Virus record (IMG/VR): IMGVR_UViG_3300000255_000001
Length of the DNA stretch: 64,000 nucleotides
From: an uncultured virus (IMG/VR IMGVR_UViG_3300000255_000001)
Lineage: Duplodnaviria > Heunggongvirae > Uroviricota > Caudoviricetes
Direction: 5' to 3' (one strand)
In this document: in pieces, positions 19,306-29,639 of the stretch
Position numbering within the stretch: the stretch's first letter is position 1
How the letters are laid out: each line of letters starts with the position of its first letter
Position numbers and translations under genes: made by a program
The notes under the pieces: generated by a model
The model's database searches: none
Seen by the model: the letters and a program-made list of their open reading frames with translations, nothing else
What the model was told of the DNA's origin: nothing

Positions 19306-20672
19306 ATAGGCGGCAGAATCCTAAAGGTAAAAACTTATCTAATAGACAGAGATTCATAAAACGCTCTAAAAAGCATCTTAAAGAGAGCATGGATGAAGCC
19401 ATGAAGACTCGTTCTGTAAAGGATTTAAAGTCTGGCAGCCGTGTTCGTGTGCCTTCCAAAAGTATTAAAGAGCCACAGTTTAATTATGATCCTAAATCAG
19501 GACAGAAAGATTATATACTGCCAGGTAATCAAGAATACTTACAAGGTGATAAAATACGTAAACCATCCTCTGGGCAAGGCGGTAGCGGCGGCCAAGAAGG
19601 ATCTGATGATGCGTATGGGGAAGACGATTTTGTTTTTTCTATTAGTAGAGATGAATTTCTAGACATATTATTTGAGGATTTGGAACTACCAAACCTCAAA
19701 GAAAAGAAAAAGAAAAGTATAGAGGAGTTTACTACTCGTCGTTCTGGCTATGTTAATGAGGGTTCTCCTAATAATTTAAATCTTGAGCAAAGTATGATAC
19801 GCAGTATTGGTAGACGTATTGCTCTTAAAAAACCTAAAGGAAAACGTATAAAGGAACTTGAAAAACGATTAGAAGAACTTATAGAGGAAAGAAAACCGCT
19901 TGTTGCTATTATAGAGAAGTATTCTTTTAATAAACAGGCAAGATGTAAAGAAGCATCTTTATTAAAAGAAATTGATGATGAGATTGTAGAGATAGAGGCA
20001 GAGATTAAAAAAATAAGAGCACGTTATAATGCTATCTCTTTTATTGACCCAATTGACTTAAAATTTAATAACTTTACTAAAGTTCCAAATCCTAAAAATG
20101 CCGCTGTTATGTTTTGTATATTGGATGTATCAATATCGATGCAAGAGCGTGAGAAAGATTTAGCAAAACGCTTCTTTATTTTATTACACTTGTTTCTTAG
20201 TATGAAGTATGATTTAGTAGAAGTAGTGTTTATACGACACCACACAACTGCTAAAGAATGCACAGAGGAAGAATTTTTTACTAGTAAAGAAAGTGGCGGT
20301 ACTGTAGTATCTACTGCACTAGATTTAGCATATGATATTATTAGAAAGAGATATGATTTGGAATATTGGAATGTTTATGTAAGTCAAGCAAGTGATGGTG
20401 ATAACTTTACTACTGATAATCAGCAAGTACATAATACTATGGAAACTAAATTATTACCATTAGTTCAGTTTTTTGCGTATGTTAGTATTGTAACACATCA
20501 ACACCAAGTCAATAATGATATAGGTTTATCTGTAGGAAGTGGTTTAGAAAAAATATATAAAGTATTAATGGATGCTTTTGAGTATGTGCAAATACGTAGA
20601 GTGTATGAACCAAAAGATATATATCCTGTGTTTAGAAAATTCTTTGCGCCGAAAGGAGAAAATGATGAGTAA
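19287..20672 (+). CDS. yeaH: YeaH/YhbH (DUF444) vWA-domain protein
   Basis: HIIDRR, LFEDLELPNL, LDVSISM, ESGGTVVS, QASDGDN. Confidence 0.95.
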   Translation: MPKHIIDRRQNPKGKNLSNRQRFIKRSKKHLKESMDEAMKTRSVKDLKSGSRVRVPSKSIKEPQFNYDPKSGQKDYILPGNQEYLQGDKIRKPSSGQGGSGGQEGSDDAYGEDDFVFSISRDEFLDILFEDLELPNLKEKKKKSIEEFTTRRSGYVNEGSPNNLNLEQSMIRSIGRRIALKKPKGKRIKELEKRLEELIEERKPLVAIIEKYSFNKQARCKEASLLKEIDDEIVEIEAEIKKIRARYNAISFIDPIDLKFNNFTKVPNPKNAAVMFCILDVSISMQEREKDLAKRFFILLHLFLSMKYDLVEVVFIRHHTTAKECTEEEFFTSKESGGTVVSTALDLAYDIIRKRYDLEYWNVYVSQASDGDNFTTDNQQVHNTMETKLLPLVQFFAYVSIVTHQHQVNNDIGLSVGSGLEKIYKVLMDAFEYVQIRRVYEPKDIYPVFRKFFAPKGENDE

Positions 20673-22308
20673 ACCTTTATATGAACCAAAAAGTGACTGG
20701 AGTTTTGATCTTATTTCTAAAATATATGATGCGTGTGAAGAAATAGCAATTAATGAACTTGGTTGTGATTGTTATATTAACCAATTAGAAGTAGTAACAT
20801 TTGAACAAATGTTAGATGCTTATGCTAGTATTGGTATGCCGTTATCTTATAATCACTGGAGTAATGGTAAAGCATGGGCACATTATGAGAACCAATATAG
20901 AAAAGGTAGAACAAGTTTAGCATATGAGTTGGTTATTAATAGTAATCCTTGTATTAATTATTTGATGGAAGAAAACTCGATGACTACACAAACGTTAGTC
21001 ATTGCACATGCCGCGTTTGGACATAATCATTTCTTTAAGAATAATTATTTGTTTAAAACATGGACAAGTGCTGACAGTATTATTGACTATCTATTATTTG
21101 CTAAAAATTATATACAAAAGTGTGAGGAAAAGTATGGACTTGATGAAGTAGAACTTTTCTTAGATTCCCTACATGCAATACGCAATTACGGAATAAACAA
21201 ATATAAACGTCCTGACAAATTAAATGTCACCGTAGAAGCAGAGAAAGCACAAGAACGAGCAACATATTTACGTAAACAAGTAAATGAACTATGGGATACT
21301 ACAGTTATTCCAAATAAAAAAAATACAGAAGAAAAAGAACAAAGAGTTAGTATGGCAAAGCCGGAAGAAAATATAATTTACTTTTTAGAAAAACATGCTC
21401 CTAATTTAACTGATTGGCAACGCGAATTATGCCGCATAGTGCGTAAAATTGCTCAATATTTTTATCCACAAGGGCAAACAAAAGTAATGAACGAGGGATT
21501 TGCTTGTTTTGTGCATTATTACTCAATGAATAGATTGCATGAGAAAGGATTAATTACTGATGCGGCAATGTTTGAGTTTTTAAGATTACATACTAATGTA
21601 TTAAATCAACCAACATTTGATAAAAAATGGTATAATGGTATGAATCCTTATTCACTAGGTTTTGCTATGTTTATGGATATTAAACGTATGTGCGAACATC
21701 CGACAGCAGAAGATAAGGAATGGTTTCCTGATATTGCTGGTGGTGATTGGAAAGAAATTATTTTAGATGCTGTTGCTAATTACAGAGATGAAAGTTTTAT
21801 ACTGCAATTTCTATCACCTAAAGTAATTAGAGATTTTAGATTATTCCAACTCGGGGATAACAAGTCAGATCCACATTATAAGGTTAAAGCAATTCATAAT
21901 GATAAAGGATATAAAAGTATACGCAAAGAGATGGCACGTCAGTATGATTATAATTATCGTATACCTGATATACAAGTTGTTGATTATGATCATGATGAGA
22001 AGCGTTCATTACTATTGCATCATTATAAAGGACCAAGTCAAAGAGAGTTGTCAAAGGACACAACAATTGAAGTATTAAATTATATTGCTTACATTTGGGG
22101 TTATGAGATACAATTAGATGTATATAGTAAGCAAGAAAAATTTATTGATGGTGAGTCAGTAGGTGATCCATTTCAGAAAGTAAATGGATATAAATCTACT
22201 TCTACTGACGGGACATCGCCACCACCAGAAAAAGTTCCTGCAAAGAATTTTGGTTACTGGGGAATGTGTTTAACATCAGACAACTCTGAAACCATTGACA
22301 AATCATAA
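20662..22308 (+). CDS. spoVR: SpoVR/YcgB-family protein
   Basis: LAYELVIN, VIAHAAFGHNHFFKNN, YFYPQGQTKVMNEGFA. Confidence 0.95.
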   Translation: MMSKPLYEPKSDWSFDLISKIYDACEEIAINELGCDCYINQLEVVTFEQMLDAYASIGMPLSYNHWSNGKAWAHYENQYRKGRTSLAYELVINSNPCINYLMEENSMTTQTLVIAHAAFGHNHFFKNNYLFKTWTSADSIIDYLLFAKNYIQKCEEKYGLDEVELFLDSLHAIRNYGINKYKRPDKLNVTVEAEKAQERATYLRKQVNELWDTTVIPNKKNTEEKEQRVSMAKPEENIIYFLEKHAPNLTDWQRELCRIVRKIAQYFYPQGQTKVMNEGFACFVHYYSMNRLHEKGLITDAAMFEFLRLHTNVLNQPTFDKKWYNGMNPYSLGFAMFMDIKRMCEHPTAEDKEWFPDIAGGDWKEIILDAVANYRDESFILQFLSPKVIRDFRLFQLGDNKSDPHYKVKAIHNDKGYKSIRKEMARQYDYNYRIPDIQVVDYDHDEKRSLLLHHYKGPSQRELSKDTTIEVLNYIAYIWGYEIQLDVYSKQEKFIDGESVGDPFQKVNGYKSTSTDGTSPPPEKVPAKNFGYWGMCLTSDNSETIDKS

Positions 22309-22323
22309 ATTATATAGTAGAAT
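22295..22323 (+). promoter_or_regulatory. sigma70 promoter for fusA
   Basis: TTGACA-17bp-TAGAAT. Confidence 0.75.
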
Positions 22324-22328
22324 TAACG

Positions 22329-22346
22329 TTAACTATAAATAGTTAA
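22329..22346 (+). promoter_or_regulatory. late promoter embedded in an inverted repeat
   Basis: TTAACTAT-aa-ATAGTTAA containing TATAAATA. Confidence 0.6.
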
Positions 22347-22366
22347 ACCTTTCGTGGAGCAGAAAC

Positions 22367-24466
22367 TTGTCTTTAAACAATTATAGAAACATTGGTATCT
22401 TCGCACATGTGGACGCGGGTAAAACTACGACTACTGAGAGGATCCTTAAGCTCACAGGAAAGATACACAAAATTGGTGAGGTACATGATGGCGCCGCAAC
22501 CACAGACTTTATGGAGCAAGAGCAAGAGCGAGGCATTACAATACAAAGTGCCGCGACTACTTGCTACTGGAAAGACCACCAATTAAACATCATCGACACC
22601 CCTGGGCATGTAGACTTCACTATTGAAGTCTATCGTTCCCTTAAGGTGTTGGATGGTGGCGTTGGTGTATTTTGTGCAAGCGGTGGCGTAGAGCCACAAT
22701 CCGAAACTAACTGGCGTTATGCTAACGACAGCGAAGTAGCACGTATTATATACATTAACAAGATGGATAGAGTAGGTGCTGATTTTAATCGTGTTGTAGC
22801 ACAAATAAGAACACGACTTGGTGCGAAGCCGTTAATTATGACATATCCAATTGGAGCGGAAGATAAATTCGTAGGTGTAGTTGATATACTTACTCAAAAG
22901 GCTTGGATATGGTCAGATTCTACTGACCCAACTTCTTACACTATAACTGACATCCCAGATGATAAAGTACCTAGTGAGAAAATAGGTGACAAGTATACAT
23001 ATAAAGAAATGGCAAAACAACATTATGATATATTAGTTGAGACAGTTGTTGAGCAAGACGATGAAGTTATGATGCAATGGATAGATGATCCAGATAGCAT
23101 TAGTGAAGAAGATCTTAAAATGTGTATACGTAAAGGTACTAATACTTGTGAGTTCTTTCCAACGTATTGCGGCAGTTCATTTAAAAACAAAGGCGTACAA
23201 AACATATTAAATGCTATTGTAGATTATTTGCCCAATCCTACCGAAGTTGACCCACAACCAATAGTAGATGACACTGGTGTAGAAACAGGTGAAGTTGCTA
23301 CGGTAGATGCAGAAGGGCCGTTGCGGGCACTTGCATTTAAGATTATGGAAGACAAATATGGCGCACTAACATTTACACGCATTTATTCAGGCAACATGAA
23401 GAAAGGTGACTCCATATACAATAGTACAAATGGTAAAACAGAACGTGTTGGGCGTATATTGGAAATGCATGCCGACTCGCGTGAGGAATTGGACAGTGCA
23501 TCAGCAGGTGACATTGTTGCATTGCTTGGTATGAAGTCTGTACAAACAGGCCATACATTGTGTGATAAAAAGAACCAAGCAATACTTGAACCAATGGTAT
23601 TCCCAGATCCAGTTATTAGCATAGCAATTGAACCAAAGACACAAAGTGATATGGACAAGTTAGGAACTGCTATTGGTAAAATGGTAGCAGAGGATCCTTC
23701 CTTCCATGTAGAGACAGACCAAGAAACTGGCCAAACAATACTTAAAGGCATGGGCGAGTTGCATTTAGATGTTAAGTGCGATATACTAAAACGCACATAC
23801 GGTGTGGAAGTAAGCATAGGTAAACCACAAGTAGCATATAGGGAAACAATTACTAAAACAGTCAGTGATAGGTATACCCATAAAAAGCAAACAGGTGGTG
23901 CAGGCCAGTTTGCTGATATTGAATATACTGTAGAACCTCTTGAAGCAGGAGAGGGATTCCAATTTGAAAGCAAGGTAGTTGGCGGCAATGTTCCAAGAGA
24001 GTTTTGGACTTCTATAGAGAAGGGATTTGCAGGCTCCAGTGCAGATGGTATACTTGCAAGTTACCCAGTGCTTGATTACAAAGTAACATTAACAGATGGT
24101 TCCAGTCACGCAGTAGATAGTAGTGCTGTGGCATTTGAGCTGGCGGCTCGCGGAGCATTTAGACAAACAATGCCCAAAGCAGGTCCGAAGTTATTAGAGC
24201 CAATTATGAAACTAGACGTTACTTGCCCCGGAGACAAAGTAGGTGATGTTATAGGTGATATAAATAGGCGTAGAGGCATGATACACAATCAAGAAATGGC
24301 TGGCACAACGGTTCGTATATACGCAGAAGCACCAATTGGTGAAATGTTTGGGTATATAGGAGACTTACGCAGTCAAACAAGTGGTCGTGGTCAATTTAGT
24401 ATGGAATTTAGTCATTATGCGCCGTGTCCTAATAGCATTACTGAGGTTATCTTAAAGAAAACTTAA
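22367..24466 (+). CDS. fusA: elongation factor G
   Basis: [53 protein letters not shown] start with GGAG RBS. Confidence 0.98.
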   Translation: MSLNNYRNIGIFAHVDAGKTTTTERILKLTGKIHKIGEVHDGAATTDFMEQEQERGITIQSAATTCYWKDHQLNIIDTPGHVDFTIEVYRSLKVLDGGVGVFCASGGVEPQSETNWRYANDSEVARIIYINKMDRVGADFNRVVAQIRTRLGAKPLIMTYPIGAEDKFVGVVDILTQKAWIWSDSTDPTSYTITDIPDDKVPSEKIGDKYTYKEMAKQHYDILVETVVEQDDEVMMQWIDDPDSISEEDLKMCIRKGTNTCEFFPTYCGSSFKNKGVQNILNAIVDYLPNPTEVDPQPIVDDTGVETGEVATVDAEGPLRALAFKIMEDKYGALTFTRIYSGNMKKGDSIYNSTNGKTERVGRILEMHADSREELDSASAGDIVALLGMKSVQTGHTLCDKKNQAILEPMVFPDPVISIAIEPKTQSDMDKLGTAIGKMVAEDPSFHVETDQETGQTILKGMGELHLDVKCDILKRTYGVEVSIGKPQVAYRETITKTVSDRYTHKKQTGGAGQFADIEYTVEPLEAGEGFQFESKVVGGNVPREFWTSIEKGFAGSSADGILASYPVLDYKVTLTDGSSHAVDSSAVAFELAARGAFRQTMPKAGPKLLEPIMKLDVTCPGDKVGDVIGDINRRRGMIHNQEMAGTTVRIYAEAPIGEMFGYIGDLRSQTSGRGQFSMEFSHYAPCPNSITEVILKKT

Positions 24467-24504
24467 AACACCATATATCTCCCTCTTAAATCACTCTAAA
24501 TATA

Positions 24505-24729
24505 GTGATGAAATGGAGGATTTATATGATTCATTGTAAATCGTTGATTAAGACTATAAGTTGGAGATGTATCGCTACTACAGATACATTTCTTATTGCC
24601 TGGTTAATTACTGGAGAGTATACTTTCGCAGGCGCAATAGCAGGACTAGAAGTATGTACTAAAATGGTACTCTATTACCTCCACGAGAGAGGATGGGCTA
24701 GAATCAAGTTAGCGAAAAATGGAACATAG
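24505..24729 (+). CDS. DUF2061 small membrane protein
   Basis: SLIKTISWR...LYYLHERGW. Confidence 0.85.
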   Translation: MMKWRIYMIHCKSLIKTISWRCIATTDTFLIAWLITGEYTFAGAIAGLEVCTKMVLYYLHERGWARIKLAKNGT

Positions 24730-25321
24730 AACCTGTCACAGACGAGGATACGAACTTTTGACTCCCAACATTTGGGAATTATATGATGGAATGGAGTCAA
24801 AAGGTTTCGTAAAAAATTTTAAAAATGACGAATCGGTTCCACCGAAGTATAAAGTTGTTGGGCATCCTGATTTAGATAGAACGGTACTGCCTAAAGGTAG
24901 CGTTATACAAATGCACACTATAGAGGACGAGTTCCCACTAGGCCTAGAAGGTCCTGAAGTACATGAGATATTGGATACCAAAGAAGAAACAATTCAAACC
25001 TTATATGAAAAAATACAAACATTGCGCGACGAATGTGGCGAAATGGATATACAAATAAAACAATTACAACATGAACTAAAACATAAAAAGCCAGGTGGTT
25101 CCATACGATGGAAGCTTACTTATACTTGGTGTGATAATGTAACAGAAGTATATTGGGATTTTAGAACTAAGAAACAAGCTGTAGCATATATGGAAGACAA
25201 CATAAAAGGTTTCTTCGGCATTAAGGTAGTTGAATCAATTAAGGATGTAAAATATGACAAATACATATATGGAACACGTGGAGTAAAACAAGATGAAACT
25301 AGCATTACACAAAAGAAGTAA
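24719..25321 (+). CDS. hypothetical protein with coiled coil
   Basis: ORF track; operon context. Confidence 0.6.
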   Translation: MEHRTCHRRGYELLTPNIWELYDGMESKGFVKNFKNDESVPPKYKVVGHPDLDRTVLPKGSVIQMHTIEDEFPLGLEGPEVHEILDTKEETIQTLYEKIQTLRDECGEMDIQIKQLQHELKHKKPGGSIRWKLTYTWCDNVTEVYWDFRTKKQAVAYMEDNIKGFFGIKVVESIKDVKYDKYIYGTRGVKQDETSITQKK

Positions 25322-25406
25322 ATATTTTGCTGTTACTAGGCGAAATAAACGTCGTGGTAAGAATCGCCTTAAGACTAAAAGTCGTAACAGTAGATCTACT
25401 ACATAA
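25293..25406 (+). CDS. 37-aa highly basic peptide
   Basis: MKLALHKRSKYFAVTRRNKRRGKNRLKTKSRNSRSTT*; GGAG at 25280. Confidence 0.55.
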   Translation: MKLALHKRSKYFAVTRRNKRRGKNRLKTKSRNSRSTT

Positions 25407-25414
25407 ATATTTTA

Positions 25415-25939
25415 ATGAACGTCAAAATTAGCTTATCTGGCTTCTTTTGTAATACATGGCCAGATTGTGTTGTAGTTTGTAATGGTCATACAATATTCCA
25501 GGATAAAATTATCAATGATAATATAATAGATTTTACTATTGATTTTTCTGCTGACAATTTATTAACAATAGGTATGACTAATAAGTTAATGGGTGAAAAT
25601 AGTGTATATGATATTTTGTTAGATGCACATAATAATATTATCGAGGACAAGTATATTAAAGTAAATGATATACTTTTTGATGATGTTAGCGTGGATAACT
25701 TAATACATGAATTTGTTTTTATTAAAGATTCTAATGAAAAAATATCAACATCTGGTAATATTAATTATAATGGTAGTATACATATCCCATTTCAACAACC
25801 AATTTATGATTGGTTAATACAAGAAAAATATATTAAAAAAGAAATACAAGAAACTAATTATCAAGGTTTTGGTAGTTGGAATAATAAATTTAATTATGAT
25901 GTACAGGATTTAATTAAAAAGTTAGAAACAATTGTATGA
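25415..25939 (+). CDS. hypothetical protein
   Basis: TAAATA-N5-ATG; coupled to the radical SAM gene. Confidence 0.7.
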   Translation: MNVKISLSGFFCNTWPDCVVVCNGHTIFQDKIINDNIIDFTIDFSADNLLTIGMTNKLMGENSVYDILLDAHNNIIEDKYIKVNDILFDDVSVDNLIHEFVFIKDSNEKISTSGNINYNGSIHIPFQQPIYDWLIQEKYIKKEIQETNYQGFGSWNNKFNYDVQDLIKKLETIV

Positions 25940-27309
25940 AGATTGCACTTGTACAACTCCCCAAATATTCTATAGATAGACCCCCTATGACACTTGCTGT
26001 TTTAACCAGTGTTATTAAAAATAATTTTGATTATGATATTGAGTGCTATGATTTATCATTAAAACTTTATCAAGATATTGAAAGAGAAGATTTCTATGAG
26101 ATTGAAGACTATTTAGAACATAATATATATAAATCTTCTGTAGATATATTGACAGATAACTTTTCTATATATGCTATAGAGATAAAAAATTGTGATTTAA
26201 TAGCAATAAGTGTTTTTAGTGATGCATCATGTCGAGCATGTGAAGTGCTGTGTAAGGAATTAAAAAAGTATAATTGCAAAATTGTTATTGGTGGACAAGG
26301 TTTGGCTAACGAAAACTGGTGTAAAAATATGTCTGATGCCAAGTTAATAGATGATTATATAGTAGGGGAAGGAGAATATACATTTGTAAATTATTTAAAT
26401 GGTTTACAAGGACCTGGTATAAACAATCATAATAATGAACAAATAGATGATTTAGATTTATTGCCTATTCCTGATTATAGTTTATTAAATTTGAATGATT
26501 ATAATCTTAAGGAATTATATGTTACTGGTTCTCGTGGATGTGTACGCAAATGTACTTACTGTGATGTTCCTTTTTTATGGAAAAAATATAGATATCGCTC
26601 TGGCCAACATATTGCTAATGAGTTAATACGACATTATGAGAAAAGTGGTATTACTGGCTTCTGGTTTACTGATAGTTTGGTCAATGGCAGTCTTAAACAT
26701 TTTAGAGAATTTTGCTATGCTTTAGAGAAATACTATGAAAATAATAACGTAAGATTTACTTGGAAGGGACAGTATATTTTTAGACGTATGAATCAGTTAA
26801 ATGAAGAATATTTTAGAATGATATCAGCAGCTGGTGGTAGTGAATTTTATGTAGGATTAGAAACTGGTAGTGACAAAATACGTTGGGAAATGGATAAAAA
26901 ATTTACTAATGAAGATGCAACCTATCATTTAGAGATGTTTAAAAAATATAAAATAACTTGTTTATTGCTTATGATTAGTGGTTATATAACAGAAACAAAT
27001 CAAGATCATTTAGATACAATGGCTATGTTTAAAAAATGGCAGAAATTTGTTGCATCAGGAACAATTACTGGCATAGAGTTAGGCAATACGTTAAGTATAC
27101 TAGAAAATACTCCTTTAGAAGAAGAAAATTTAGAGTTTGTTATACCAGGTGACAAGCATAGTTGGCACATTAAAGATAATACATATCAAGTACGTGTTAG
27201 AAATAGGTTAGAAATAACTAAAGAAGCGATGAAGTATCATTGGCCAATTACCAATAATCGTTTTAGATTAAAAACCTTTATTGCTAAATTAGAGCAATAT
27301 TATATATAA
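25936..27309 (+). CDS. B12-binding radical SAM protein
   Basis: IVIGG/VGEGE cobalamin-binding domain; SRGCVRKCTYC; GLETGS. Confidence 0.9.
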   Translation: MKIALVQLPKYSIDRPPMTLAVLTSVIKNNFDYDIECYDLSLKLYQDIEREDFYEIEDYLEHNIYKSSVDILTDNFSIYAIEIKNCDLIAISVFSDASCRACEVLCKELKKYNCKIVIGGQGLANENWCKNMSDAKLIDDYIVGEGEYTFVNYLNGLQGPGINNHNNEQIDDLDLLPIPDYSLLNLNDYNLKELYVTGSRGCVRKCTYCDVPFLWKKYRYRSGQHIANELIRHYEKSGITGFWFTDSLVNGSLKHFREFCYALEKYYENNNVRFTWKGQYIFRRMNQLNEEYFRMISAAGGSEFYVGLETGSDKIRWEMDKKFTNEDATYHLEMFKKYKITCLLLMISGYITETNQDHLDTMAMFKKWQKFVASGTITGIELGNTLSILENTPLEEENLEFVIPGDKHSWHIKDNTYQVRVRNRLEITKEAMKYHWPITNNRFRLKTFIAKLEQYYI

Positions 27310-27315
27310 ATATCC

Positions 27316-27344
27316 TTGACTTTACCTTAAGGTTAGTCTATAAT
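27316..27344 (+). promoter_or_regulatory. sigma70 promoter
   Basis: TTGACT-17bp-TATAAT. Confidence 0.8.
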
Positions 27345-27373
27345 AGTAGTATATCAATCAAAGGAGATATAAA

Positions 27374-27976
27374 ATGAAGAAGTTATTAATTGCCTTGGCG
27401 TTCAGTGGACTCTTAATTGGGTGTGTTGATCAGGAGGCAGAAGCCATGGAATGGGAAAGTGGTGTTAGTGTTTCTGCAGGAGACTCTAATGTATCTTTTA
27501 CCCAAGATGGTAATGAGTTTGCCGTAGGTTTTGGAGGCGCATCAGTTTATCATAGTGACTCAACTGATTTCGGCGTATCATTTGGTATGAATATTTTAGG
27601 GCCACTTTCTGGTACATTTTCATACGATTATACTAGTGACGAAGATAGTGTTGTAGGTATTGAAACACCAATTACATTACTTGGTTTAACTACGACCCCT
27701 TCAGTAGACTGGAACATTAATGATTCAGATATTGATGGCGCATTAGAAAACACATTTAGTTTACTAGGTGGTGGTGTTCGTTCAAAATTTATGTTTGATG
27801 TAGATGACACAGATTTTACTGGATCAGAGTTTGAAGTTAATTATACTTGGGACCTGTCAAGCAATTTCGCAGTACAACCATATGTCGAAGTACCTATGGA
27901 TGATGACTGGGGTCGTGGCGACACAGTTGCAGGTTTAAGAATTACTATGAATTGGGCCGGTAATAGTTCAGAGTAA
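27374..27976 (+). CDS. outer-membrane beta-barrel-like protein
   Basis: AAGGAG RBS; signal/lipobox LIGC; alternating amphipathic beta strands. Confidence 0.6.
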   Translation: MKKLLIALAFSGLLIGCVDQEAEAMEWESGVSVSAGDSNVSFTQDGNEFAVGFGGASVYHSDSTDFGVSFGMNILGPLSGTFSYDYTSDEDSVVGIETPITLLGLTTTPSVDWNINDSDIDGALENTFSLLGGGVRSKFMFDVDDTDFTGSEFEVNYTWDLSSNFAVQPYVEVPMDDDWGRGDTVAGLRITMNWAGNSSE

Positions 27977-27988
27977 ATAAATACCTAT

Positions 27989-28291
27989 GTGGCAGTCACT
28001 CGTAAAGTTAGAACTAAAGAAGAATATATTTACGAATCTCGGGATAACGGGGTTACCGTGTCTCGACGACTGCCTTTAGGTGAACAAAAAGAATATCTTA
28101 TCACAGAAGAAACTGTAGATAAAGTAAATGCGTTTAAGAAGAAGAAATTTGGTTGGCTATCCCATGATGAATTAATGGATTTGGGCCGAGAGAAATATCA
28201 ACAACAAGAATTGCGTGAAAAATATCCTGCGTTGAAAGAGGCATGGGAAAAATATCTTGTATTGTTAAACCTAGTTAAATCGGGTAAATAG
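27989..28291 (+). CDS. hypothetical protein
   Basis: YIYESRDNG.TV..R; YPALKEAWEKY; TAAATA-N5-GTG. Confidence 0.7.
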   Translation: MAVTRKVRTKEEYIYESRDNGVTVSRRLPLGEQKEYLITEETVDKVNAFKKKKFGWLSHDELMDLGREKYQQQELREKYPALKEAWEKYLVLLNLVKSGK

Positions 28292-28295
28292 TATT

Positions 28296-28640
28296 ATGCG
28301 TTACACTGAACTAAATGAAAGCGGCTCCATACACTGGGAAGATGAGAAATTTGATGCAGATAATCCAACTGTATTAATACGCGGGTATGGTACACTAACC
28401 TATAAAACTCTCCAACAAGCGATCGCTAGAGATTTAGCAGAGATGTCCCAGCGGGTGGCAGATGGTAGTTTAGAAGTTGTAGCAAATCACCAATTATTTG
28501 ATAGTAAAAGCGCATTCAATGGCAAAGTTCAAGCATATTTAGATGTTACTAAAGAACTAGCAAAGCCAACAATCAAGCGAAAACTCACACTTCACAAGAA
28601 AAATAGTCTATTTAATACCATAAAAAATAGTGATCAATAA
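28296..28640 (+). CDS. putative internal head protein
   Basis: MRYTELNE|S; TAAATA-N5-ATG. Confidence 0.6.
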   Translation: MRYTELNESGSIHWEDEKFDADNPTVLIRGYGTLTYKTLQQAIARDLAEMSQRVADGSLEVVANHQLFDSKSAFNGKVQAYLDVTKELAKPTIKRKLTLHKKNSLFNTIKNSDQ

Positions 28641-28643
28641 TTC

Positions 28644-28672
28644 TTGACAATTTCTTAATATCTTAGTATAAT
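28644..28672 (+). promoter_or_regulatory. sigma70 promoter, leaderless into ATG 28680
   Basis: TTGACA-17bp-TATAAT. Confidence 0.85.
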
Positions 28673-28679
28673 TAAGAAT

Positions 28680-29639
28680 ATGTCATATTTAATATTTCAT
28701 AATGATAATATTAATTTTTTTACAATACAATTGCGGGAAGATCCATTTGTTGAAAAATGGGCAAATCATCTTCAATATATTTTAGATAATTATAATTGTC
28801 GCTTATACAAATCAAAATATCCAAGATATGAAAAATTAGAAGAAAATGAAATTAAACAACATGTAGATAATCTACACACCGCTATTAGAAATCTAAATAA
28901 TTTAGGCACTTGTTTTCCATTATTAAGAATAGATATTCCTTATATACGATTTTTAACTTTAGACTTAGATACACAGAAAATTTTAAATAAGTTACATAGA
29001 TATTTTACTACTGCTAATTGTTCTCTTAATGACATTGGTGATCAAGTAACTTATTCATATAAAGATAATAATTATTTTACAATTGATTATACCAAAAAAG
29101 AAGAATTTCGTAAACTCATACAAGACATAAATCAAATAGTACACAATTTAGATAATTCTATATTGTTGCCTAGAGTACGTGATGCAATAGACAATGATGA
29201 ATTAATAGAACAAGTAACAATAATGTTTGATCTATATGGAACAAGAGAACATAGTTTATTACCTAATACATTTAAGTTTATGGATAAAGAGGATGAATCA
29301 AGTATAATAGATAATGATGAATATGATGTGTGGATGGGAGTAGATTTGTTAGGTAAAGATTATATTACAGGATATTATAATCATGATGATCCGACAGAAT
29401 GGGATATTAAAACATTAAATTGCTATACAGGTAAGATGGAAATAATATTGGGGTCAAATACTATTCCTAAAATAATTAAAGGAGATAAGTTTCAAAATTG
29501 GTTGAAAGAATATGGTATGACATATATTCCAGCAATGTGTGGCATACCATTAGGTAAGGTAATATCTGGTAAAGATCTTCTAAACGATAAAACTTTACAA
29601 CAACAGATGTCAGTGTTTAATATTAAAATAGAGGAATAA
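28680..29639 (+). CDS. hypothetical protein, paralog of 10828..11883
   Basis: Shared motif blocks. Confidence 0.8.
   Translation: MSYLIFHNDNINFFTIQLREDPFVEKWANHLQYILDNYNCRLYKSKYPRYEKLEENEIKQHVDNLHTAIRNLNNLGTCFPLLRIDIPYIRFLTLDLDTQKILNKLHRYFTTANCSLNDIGDQVTYSYKDNNYFTIDYTKKEEFRKLIQDINQIVHNLDNSILLPRVRDAIDNDELIEQVTIMFDLYGTREHSLLPNTFKFMDKEDESSIIDNDEYDVWMGVDLLGKDYITGYYNHDDPTEWDIKTLNCYTGKMEIILGSNTIPKIIKGDKFQNWLKEYGMTYIPAMCGIPLGKVISGKDLLNDKTLQQQMSVFNIKIEE

Noticed and set aside
17331..24288. Antisense and alternate-frame ORFs inside prkA, yeaH, spoVR and fusA (similarly 62569..63908)
   Set aside because: They overlap well-supported genes and have no motifs or initiation signals.
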